A stretch of 55,249 bases of DNA, from positions 1-55,249 of the IMG/VR virus record IMGVR_UViG_3300017702_000602; one strand, 5' to 3'. The notes below the pieces were generated by a model. The model saw nothing but the letters and a program-made list of their open reading frames with translations. It searched no databases and was not told where the DNA came from. Both the position numbers and the translations under genes were made by a program. The stretch comes from a virus (Duplodnaviria > Caudoviricetes). Below, piece after piece: positions 1 to 7,900 of this stretch. The number at the start of each line of letters is the position of its first letter. The stretch's first letter is position 1.

Positions 1-396
1 CACCCCGACCCAGCGAGCAATACGCGCTCGTACCTGCTGCGCCAGCGGCAACAGCTCGGCCTCCCCCATCAACGACAGATCCAGAAACGCCTCATCAATG
101 GAATACACCTCCACCTGAGGCACTAGGGTTTCCAGGGTCGCCATCACCCGCTGGGAAATATCCCCGTAAAGGGCATAGTTGGATGAAAAAACCACGATTT
201 TGTGGCGGGCAATCAAATCGCGAGCCTGGTGTACCGGCATGCCGGTTTTCACCCCCAGCGCCTTGGCTTCCGCAGACCCGGCTACAATGCAGCCGTCATT
301 ATTGGAAAGCACCACCACAGGCTGCCCCTGCAGATCCGGGCGGAACAGGCGTTCACAGGCGGCATAGAAGCTGTTGCAGTCAACCAGGGCAAACAT
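1..396 (-). CDS. umuC: Y-family DNA polymerase V subunit UmuC (N-terminal part, runs off window)
   Basis: Manual translation from ATG at 396: MFALVDCNSFYAACERLFRPDLQGQPVVVLSNNDGC, the Y-family N-terminal motif; directly downstream of umuD. Confidence 0.93.
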   Translation of the reverse strand, partial: MFALVDCNSFYAACERLFRPDLQGQPVVVLSNNDGCIVAGSAEAKALGVKTGMPVHQARDLIARHKIVVFSSNYALYGDISQRVMATLETLVPQVEVYSIDEAFLDLSLMGEAELLPLAQQVRARIARWVGV

Positions 397-401
397 GGCC
401 G

Positions 402-794
402 TTACCCGCCGCCCCGCAAGGCGTGCAGGCAAAACGTCACCACCCCGAACAGGTCCACACCCTCGCCGCCAATGGGTATCGGCGCATAGGCAGGATTGCG
501 GGGCTTGAGCATCGGTGTGGGCTGCAATTGCAATTCTTTCACCGTGAATTCGCCATCCAGCGAAGCTACCACCACATCCCCCGCAACGGCTTCCAGTGAG
601 CGGTCCACAATCAGGATGTCCCCGGAAAAAATACCGGCATCCACCATGGAGTCCCCCTCCACACGCAACAGGAAGGTGGACGCGGGCCGGCGGATGCATA
701 GCCGGCTCAGATCCAGGTGCTCATCCAGATACCCCTGGGCCGGAGACGGGAACCCCGCAGAAATACGCTCACTGAAAAAAGGCAGGGCAGACAT
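402..794 (-). CDS. umuD: UmuD, S24 autopeptidase subunit of Pol V
   Basis: SAGFPSPA cleavage motif, GDSM catalytic Ser, FTVK catalytic Lys; start placed at ATG 794 (MSALPFF). Confidence 0.93.
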   Translation of the reverse strand: MSALPFFSERISAGFPSPAQGYLDEHLDLSRLCIRRPASTFLLRVEGDSMVDAGIFSGDILIVDRSLEAVAGDVVVASLDGEFTVKELQLQPTPMLKPRNPAYAPIPIGGEGVDLFGVVTFCLHALRGGG

Positions 795-838
795 AACAAC
801 ACACCGGAAATCCACAGTCTGGCAAGCATGGCAAAACA

Positions 839-854
839 CTGCCTTTATGTACAG
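839..854 (-). promoter_or_regulatory. LexA (SOS) box upstream of umuDC
   Basis: CTGTacataaaggCAG on the minus strand = CTG-N10-CAG, 45 bp upstream of umuD. Confidence 0.8.
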
Positions 855-1037
855 TTATTCTGTCGTGCAATGCCCATCCAGTAGTGCTCCCTTCACACGA
901 GATCAATCACAAGAACGCGACAAAACGACAAGCAACGCCTATCCATCCTCTGCAACGGCTGACGTAACTTACGGTGATACACCTTGTGTGCGGCGCCTAT
1001 CGCCTGCGAGCCCGCACGGAGTAAACAGGAGGCCACC

Positions 1038-1331
1038 ATGAGCACCGATAGCCATCACCGCTGGATGTCTGATTTTCTGGAAGAAATGGGCCTTCCCGCC
1101 CGTGCCGAATTTCAGGGCTATGTTCTGTTCAACCTGGAGCAGAATACCTTTATCGCCACCAGCAAACGCAACCCGCAGACTCCACATCAGCAACAGGTCA
1201 AACCCTGTGCCTGGGCCCACTGCTACCCCGACATCATGCACGCCAGCGATGCCGCCAGCGGACTGGGGAGCGAATACGAAATCCGCGCGCTTTTCCGACT
1301 CGACGGTCGGCACCTGTCCTGTTCGGTGTGA
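1038..1331 (+). CDS. Host hypothetical protein (97 aa)
   Basis: GGAGG RBS before ATG 1038; MSTDSHHRWMSDFLEEMGL... Confidence 0.65.
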   Translation: MSTDSHHRWMSDFLEEMGLPARAEFQGYVLFNLEQNTFIATSKRNPQTPHQQQVKPCAWAHCYPDIMHASDAASGLGSEYEIRALFRLDGRHLSCSV

Positions 1332-1551
1332 TTGGGAGGTCAGGGATTTGAGATGGAACGCAAGGCGCCCGGAGCTCGACGCTGGATGCTGGATGCCTAA
1401 AACCCAAAGTCAAAACCCCACGGCCATTTTGCTGGGAAGGCCTTGCGGGCATGAAAATTGGGGGCACAGGGAACGCGTCAACAAGGGCAGCAGTGATGTG
1501 ACTTTCGATTTATTGCGTCTGGCATCCGGCATCAAGCGTTTTGCATCTAGC

Positions 1552-1595
1552 CCAGACATAAAAAAACCGCCAAAAGGCGGTTTTTTTATGTCTGG
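1552..1595. terminator. Bidirectional intrinsic terminator directly after the tRNA
   Basis: Inverted repeat ccagacataaaaaaaccgcc-aaaa-ggcggtttttttatgtctgg. Confidence 0.85.
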
Positions 1596-1666
1596 AGCGG
1601 GTGAAGAGAATCGAACTCTCGTATGCAGCTTGGGAAGCTGCCGTTCTACCATTGAACTACACCCGC
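1593..1666 (-). tRNA. tRNA-Gly(CCC), reconstituted at the left att site
   Basis: GCGGGTGTAGTTCAATGGTAGAACGGCAGCTTCCCAAGCTGCATACGAGAGTTCGATTCTCTTCACCCGCTCCA: 74 nt cloverleaf, anticodon CCC, encoded CCA. Confidence 0.97.
1642..1666. repeat. Left att core (5' 25 nt of tRNA-Gly)
   Basis: cgttctaccattgaactacacccgc, identical at 54437-54461. Confidence 0.95.
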
Positions 1667-1710
1667 AAAGGCGAAACGGCAATATAATCAAAAAGTTAAG
1701 CGATTTCCAG

Positions 1711-1784
1711 CATCTCACACTTTTTTATTTTTTCTTTTATAACTTGTTGATTTTGCTACCGTCCTAAACCGTTTGTGAGATGGG
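1711..1784. promoter_or_regulatory. Putative integrase arm-type sites, left arm (1711-1719 inverted; 1772-1784)
   Basis: TGTGAGATG motif; tttgtgagatggg is identical at 54379-54391 near the other att. Confidence 0.7.
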
Positions 1785-1826
1785 TTTTTCCACTCTCTAC
1801 ACTCTCAAAAAAAGTGCGTCTCCCTA

Positions 1827-1855
1827 TTGCTATATAGGGCATTATGCCCTATATT
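1827..1855 (+). promoter_or_regulatory. Sigma70 promoter with embedded KorC-type operator (1835-1851)
   Basis: TTGCTA-17bp-TATATT; palindrome TAGGGCATTATGCCCTA fills the spacer. Confidence 0.85.
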
Positions 1856-1905
1856 AACAATCGAAGGCCGGGCAAATCGCCAAGGTCAAAAACCGGAGTC
1901 ATCCG

Positions 1906-2361
1906 ATGAGCTTTACCCTTTCTCAAGCCGAGCAGGCAATCATCGATCAAGCGGTTTCCATTCTGGAATCCAAAATCAACACCGCTGAGAACCTCAGCAG
2001 CCCTACGCAAGCAGCTCAGTACCTGCGCCTCAAACTCGCCATGCTCGAGCATGAGGTATTCGCCGTCCTGTGGCTGAACAACAAGCATTCCGTCATTGAA
2101 CTGGAAGTGCTGTTTCGCGGCACCATCGATTCAGCAGCGGTTTACCCTCGCGAAGTCGCGAAAGCTGCACTGGCTCAGAACGCCGCTGCCGCCATCCTCT
2201 GCCATAACCATCCTTCTGGCTGTGCTGAGCCGAGTCAGGCTGATCACGCCATCACCCGCCGTCTGGTTGAGGCCCTTGGCCTGATCGATGTCCGAGTGCT
2301 TGACCATATGGTTGTTGGAACTGAGGGGTATGTATCCTTCGCTGAACGCGGGCTGCTTTAA
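1906..2361 (+). CDS. RadC-like JAB domain protein
   Basis: EHEVF, VYPREV, HNHPSG...PSQAD, LDH motifs. Confidence 0.92.
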   Translation: MSFTLSQAEQAIIDQAVSILESKINTAENLSSPTQAAQYLRLKLAMLEHEVFAVLWLNNKHSVIELEVLFRGTIDSAAVYPREVAKAALAQNAAAAILCHNHPSGCAEPSQADHAITRRLVEALGLIDVRVLDHMVVGTEGYVSFAERGLL

Positions 2362-2388
2362 GCAGCCCCCCCTACCGGGAGAATTGAA

Positions 2389-2691
2389 ATGGAAGAAAGA
2401 GCCACTTACGGAGCCAACCCGATCCGACCCGCTACCCTGCGGCCCTTCGCTGAAGGCTGGGAGCAGCCTACTGCTGATGAGGTCCGGGCCATATTGACGA
2501 AAGCGGGCCTTAGCGGCAGCCAGGCAGCCAGCCTCCTGGGCATTGAATCAGGGCGAACGGTTCGTCGCTGGACAGGCGGGCAAAGCCCTATTCCCTATAC
2601 CGCCTGGGCAATTCTGTGCCAGGCGGCAGGCCTGGGAATTATCTGGGCGCCGACAGGCACAGAGATAGAGAGGAAGGTTTCCGGAAGATGA
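2389..2691 (+). CDS. korC: KorC-like HTH repressor
   Basis: LRP..GWEQPT..EVR..L..AGLSGSQAA.LLG...RTVRRW.G..SPIPY.AWAILC..AG.G.IW closely matches IncP KorC as recalled; cognate operator lies upstream of the operon. Confidence 0.85.
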   Translation: MEERATYGANPIRPATLRPFAEGWEQPTADEVRAILTKAGLSGSQAASLLGIESGRTVRRWTGGQSPIPYTAWAILCQAAGLGIIWAPTGTEIERKVSGR

Positions 2692-2835
2692 CGCCTGGTT
2701 AATACATGGCTCTCGACAACTGGAGAAATGGCTGACAGGCGCCAGGGTAGACGTGTGAGATATTGACCCTGCCCGCCGCCGGCAAGAGATCTCCGTTTCA
2801 GCCAGCGACAGATTGTCAGCGACTATGCGACGGGC

Positions 2836-3129
2836 TCACGCCCAGACGCGAACCGGAGTGGACGGCGCCGAGATTTCAAGCGACTGCAACGCCTCCGGTA
2901 GAGAATCGCCCCGGTAGTTGGCGTGATAGCCAGGCACCGCTTCCATTTCTGGGTAATCGAAGCCCTCCGCGTCCGTCAGCGTGTTGCCTGTCGGCTGGCG
3001 GATGGTGCCGATAACATCCAGCGAATCACCGGCAGGAAGCGCAATGCCGAATTCGGTCACAAATCCCGCCGCATCAAGTGCCGCGTCAAAGGCGGCTTTG
3101 TTGTCGGCTTTTAGGTAGAAGTCGTTCAT
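2836..3129 (-). CDS. Small partner/chaperone of the spike-fibre protein
   Basis: Start at ATG 3129 (MNDFYLK) overlapping the upstream stop; LDVIGTI...PGYHAN motif; last late gene. Confidence 0.65.
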   Translation of the reverse strand: MNDFYLKADNKAAFDAALDAAGFVTEFGIALPAGDSLDVIGTIRQPTGNTLTDAEGFDYPEMEAVPGYHANYRGDSLPEALQSLEISAPSTPVRVWA

Positions 3130-4253
3130 CAGGAAAGCTCCTCGGCCATTTCCTCTTCGGAAATCGAATAGGGATAATAGCGGACGTTTTGGAGCCAACC
3201 CGCGTAGCGGTTGGCCGTGAGTTGTAATTTTTCTTGATTCACAACGTTGCTATAAGTGCTTCCATCGTAGTCGCGAATTTCGTCGTTAACTCCGATGATC
3301 AGCGTATCCCCGGAAATAGAAATGCCGGTTTTACAAAAATCAAGCGGTCCCTTCCCGAAAAAAATTACCTGAGCAGCCTCGTCCCCGGTATAGACCAGAC
3401 CATTCATGGTGCTGTAGAACCCGAAATACCCTGAAACGACTCCCGCATTTTCCCGAAGAGCGTGCATTACCGTAGACGAATTGACGTCATGAGGCGTCCT
3501 GATCCAATCAGCCAAAAGCGTCATTTCGGGTTGAGTGTTGAACCACGGGGATAGCGATTCGACGTCCGCAAAGTCGCCCGAACGAGTGGCAGCCGTCCCG
3601 CTGGTTGGGATGTAGCTAGAGGGAGTTTCCCCTGCCTCAATTTGAAGCCCACCGCAATAGAAGTAATCCCCAATGGCTGGGCTGTCGAACGCTACGTTTA
3701 GATTGTCATCCAGAGTTCCATCATTGTCGGTCACAAACGACGCCAAAAACCACCCATCACCCAAACTCTCAAGTTTTTCATTGCGTACAGACGCGCCCCC
3801 CGAAAGGGTTCCAGCGTCGAAGTCAGCAGTAATTGCAAACCCATCGTTTGCGTCTCTGTGCAGTAATGTTAGTGTTGAGACGTTACCTCTGTTTAGAAGG
3901 CACCATCTGACGGTTGTGCCGGAAATCCCCACGCCCACACCACGAAACACTGTTCCACCCTCATCCGTTCCAGTTGATACGACCTCGGCCTTTATCGCAT
4001 GGGTAACGCGGTTGTCCCCCGCGATGGAGGTGTCTATGTCCGTTTTGGATGTCACGGCCATCGAGTTTTGAACAAGGTTTGTCGCCTGCCCCTCGCACAG
4101 AATCCCTAGCGGCTCACCAGTTACCGGGTCGTGATCAAAGCGAGGCTCATCAATTGCAGCCGTTTGCAGCACGCCGTTGGCGTCCCAGTAGGTGGCCGCG
4201 CTGTTGCGGGTGAACGTCATAATTTCATCGAAATTAACTGTCTTGTTGAGCAT
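3129..4253 (-). CDS. Spike/fibre protein, candidate receptor-binding or carbohydrate-binding appendage
   Basis: FTRNSAATYWD.NGVLQTAAIDEPRFD.DPVTGEPLG.L.E...TN and Q.E.G..PSSYIPT...ATR motifs of head-spike-fibre-like proteins; lower GC. Confidence 0.75.
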   Translation of the reverse strand: MLNKTVNFDEIMTFTRNSAATYWDANGVLQTAAIDEPRFDHDPVTGEPLGILCEGQATNLVQNSMAVTSKTDIDTSIAGDNRVTHAIKAEVVSTGTDEGGTVFRGVGVGISGTTVRWCLLNRGNVSTLTLLHRDANDGFAITADFDAGTLSGGASVRNEKLESLGDGWFLASFVTDNDGTLDDNLNVAFDSPAIGDYFYCGGLQIEAGETPSSYIPTSGTAATRSGDFADVESLSPWFNTQPEMTLLADWIRTPHDVNSSTVMHALRENAGVVSGYFGFYSTMNGLVYTGDEAAQVIFFGKGPLDFCKTGISISGDTLIIGVNDEIRDYDGSTYSNVVNQEKLQLTANRYAGWLQNVRYYPYSISEEEMAEELS

Positions 4254-4879
4254 TACGCGCCCCCCAGTGCATAGGATTGATTGATAAAGTCGAGGCGCAA
4301 TGTGCCCAGGTCACCGTGCAGGGACTGGATCAGTGCCAGTACCCGTTCTTCATAGCCGACCAGCGCGTCCACCGCTTCCTGCAGGGTTGTGCTGTTTGGG
4401 TATTCACCCTGCTCTACGCCAGTTCCAGTGTCGTTTTGGTACAGCGTCAGCGTCCCGCTATCGGACACCCAGAAGTATTCACCGTCACTTGTCCCGGCCT
4501 CACCGTCCGCTATGCTCGGATAGATCGTTGCGCCGGTGCCGGCCACGCCGCCAAGCTGGCCAAGCAGCCCCTGTAGCTTGCGCATCGCACGGGTGAAGAT
4601 GGCCGCCGTCTCTACGTCGCCCTGGGCCATTTCAGGAATGCCGTCGCTGGTGAAGTCGCGCTGGATGGCATAGGCGCCGGTCTTGCCCGTGCCGCCGTAG
4701 GGCGCGGTCAGCGTGACCTGCGTGTCGCTATCTACGCTCGCCACGTCATAGACCAGGCCCACGCCGGTCATCACGAAGCTATCACCGGGCTGGACATTGG
4801 CAAGCCACTGCGTCCCTATCCCGGACACAACGGCGCTGCCGTTCACCACCGTAGCGGTGCCCGTTTTGTATTGAGCCAT
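4253..4879 (-). CDS. Tail fibre N-terminal/adaptor protein
   Basis: YKTGTATVVNGS.VV.G.GT.W...V.PGD tail-fibre N-terminus; coupled to the next gene by TAATG overlap. Confidence 0.75.
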   Translation of the reverse strand: MAQYKTGTATVVNGSAVVSGIGTQWLANVQPGDSFVMTGVGLVYDVASVDSDTQVTLTAPYGGTGKTGAYAIQRDFTSDGIPEMAQGDVETAAIFTRAMRKLQGLLGQLGGVAGTGATIYPSIADGEAGTSDGEYFWVSDSGTLTLYQNDTGTGVEQGEYPNSTTLQEAVDALVGYEERVLALIQSLHGDLGTLRLDFINQSYALGGA

Positions 4880-4914
4880 AAGCTATCTCTCTGCTTTACA
4901 GGTGCCCGGAAGGG

Positions 4915-7900
4915 TCACACTTCTACGAAGGCAAAATCGGTGACGATAATCGCTGCGCTGCCATAACGGTTCGTGCCAGCACAATCCAGCTCAGCGCGTA
5001 GCTGTGGGTACTCTTCTATGCCCGTCCCGGGGGAGTAGAGGCTGGGGGCCAGAAAGTCAGAAGCCCGACCGGTGTAGTCAATAGTGAACATTTCATCAAA
5101 CAGATCGTTATCGGTGACCGTAAGAGAATCGCCAGCAATATCGACGTCTACAAGATAGCGGGCCGGCACCGGAAAGCTGTCGAATGTTGCGGTATAGCGA
5201 AAAACGGACACATTGCTGTAAACCGTGCGAGTTTCCACAGTGCCCAAGTAGTCAACAATAACGCTCACTTTGAGTGTAATTGTTCGCTTTCGCTTGCCGC
5301 CTGTAGGGGAGTCTGGGCTGTCATACTCCCAAAGCGTGGTCCGCTCGATCTTCACGATTCCGTCAAAGAATTCGATTGTTGCAACGCTGGAGAAAACATC
5401 GCCAGGACTGTAACTGCCGTTGGAAATGGAGTTTTGCCCGATGCCCGCCTTCGCTCTGAACCGATTGATCAGAGTCACATCCTTCCCAAGCTCCGCGATT
5501 TCTGGCAGATGGTGATTCACCTCGGCGCTGCCTGGCGTGTCAGATAACACCTCCAGCTTGAAGCCTCTGGCAGTCCAGTCAGCTACCGCAGAACCAGTTG
5601 CCGGTCGCTTGGCTGCTGGAATATAGGACTGACAAAAGAAGGTGTGAATGAAAAGCTTCTTGCCGTTGAAGGAATCAAGGCCATTGAAGACGGTATCAAT
5701 ACCAATCGATAACTCAGCGCCGTCCTTTTGAAAGTACTGGTCCCCACCATCGCCAAAATAGAAGTCGCCATTATCGTCAATGTAAGCCGTCCAGTCGGCG
5801 CCATCGTAGTAGCCCAGATGCGTGGCCGTGAGGTTCAGGCCAGTGCTTGGGGTGTCGCCCAGGCGATCAGGGATATTGGATAGGTTGCTGGACCAGTCAG
5901 CACCGGCGGTGGCCGTGTTGACCCACGCGCTGCCATTCCAGCGCTTCATCAGCTTCGTGGTGTCGTTGTACCACAGGTCACCAATGCCTTCGGCAGTCGG
6001 GGTGCTGGTGCTGAAGAAGGTGGTGACCTTGCCGTCAGCAGTGGATTGGGCATCGGATGCTGCATTTAACGCCTGACCAATGGCCCCGTCTTGAACGTCG
6101 ATCCAGGCATCGTCTTCTTCGTCCCAGCGGTAGGGATGATCTCCTGCATCCGTCTTGAACCAGAGATCACCTTCCTCCGCATTCAGCGGCGGGTCATCTT
6201 GATAATAGGATGTGATTTTCCCATCTGCCGCCGCCTGGGCATCTGCGGCATCAGCGAGCGCCTGTGATGCGTTTGCATCAGCATCATTCAGCTTGGTCAG
6301 CTCGCTGCCGTTAATGTCACCCAGCGAGCCCGGCTTGTCGCTCAGGTTGGCGTAGCCGCTGCCACCGGTGATGGTCACCGCACCAGAAAAAGCCGCACTG
6401 CCGTCACTGTAAACAGCAAACAGCGTTGAGCCGTTGTACTGGTAGGTGATCATCCCGGTCTTGCCGTCTGCTGACTTCGGCCCCAGCGTGGCCACCGCGT
6501 TGCCCACAAGGCTTTCCACCTGCCCGGCCACGCTGATTTTCTCTGTAGCAGCCAGTGTGCCGGTGACGATCTTGGAGGCCGTGAGCTTGACGATTTTGGT
6601 GCCTTCAATGGCGTCATCGTCCAGATTTGCGTCGATGAACGCCTTATCTGCATCAGTCACCGTGGCCCATGGCCCAAGGCCATCCACATCACCGGATGAC
6701 AAACTGGCCGTGGTAACGCTGAACTCGGTACTCATGGTGCCCTGGCCAAAGGCGTCATAAGTGGCGAACCGCAGGAAGTATTCGGTGCCATCCGCCAGCC
6801 CAGCAATGACCACTGGCCCACCATAGGCTTGCGCCACCTGATTGGCCGGGCCGGGAGTGAAGCCTGTGGACTGGCTTAACCATACCCGGGTGTCTTTGTA
6901 GTCCAGATCCTCCGGCGCGTCATAGTCGATCTGCAGGGACCGGAAACTGGCGGATACCGTAATAGCATCCGGCAATTCTGGCGCCACGTTCTCCACCGGC
7001 AATTTTGCGGCCTGTGCGCTCAGTTGGTTCTGGCGCCCCCGGCAGTACACCCGGCATTCAAACGCACGCCACGCGCCCGCCTGGCCCTGCTCTCGGGCAT
7101 AGTCTTCGGCATTCTTCTCATAGGTGTAGACGAAAGCCGGATCAACCACCCATTCCGTGCGCACCAGTGAGCCATCCGCCCACACTTCAACCTGGTAATC
7201 CTTGAAGTAGAGATCCAGCGAGCCACGGGAGGCGCCCAACTGGCCCTCACTGCCCATTTCCACCCATTCGGTCACACTGGTCTTGCGCCACACGAACTTG
7301 GCGTCACGGCCACCAAAAACGGCATCATTGCCCTGCTCGAACAACTCAAGCCCGTGGACGTTGGGCACCTCCACCACATCGTCCACGTCCTCGTCGCCCG
7401 GCTCTGCATTTAGCACCTTGGTGGTGGTGATTTCTTGGATCGGGGCATCAGGCACAACATTGCCCGCAAGCGAAACTCCACGGGCGCGGATTTCGTAGGT
7501 TTTCCCGTCGCTGGGCACTACAAAGCCCACTTCAGGAGAAGCCGGACCCACCTCAAACCAGCCCGTGTCACCCTTCTCGCGATACTCCACCAACGCGTAC
7601 TTGTAGCTGCTCACGCCCGGCGGCTCTATCGCCACCTCAATGGTGGACAGATTGGCATTGGCGCTGCGTGGGGTGTTGGTCAGCTCGGCAATAGTGACCG
7701 ATGCGGGATTTTCGGTTTCTTCAGGGATGTCCGGGGTGACCGCAATGGTGCCGGTAAGTTGATGGACCACATAGGCAGACTGCCAGACGTTCAGGGGTGT
7801 GGGCTGCGGGCTATAAAGCGGGGACACAATCTCGTTACTGTAGCCCTGATAGAAGCTGTAGACGCCAGGGAGTGTGGCCCCCATAAAGCCCAGGCCATTG

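Noticed and set aside
1-854. umuDC as prophage cargo
   Set aside because: Lies outside the left att, beyond the tRNA terminator; treated as host or a separate element
1102-1767. 221-aa plus-strand ORF and 102-aa minus-strand ORF
   Set aside because: They span the tRNA, terminator and att site; spurious
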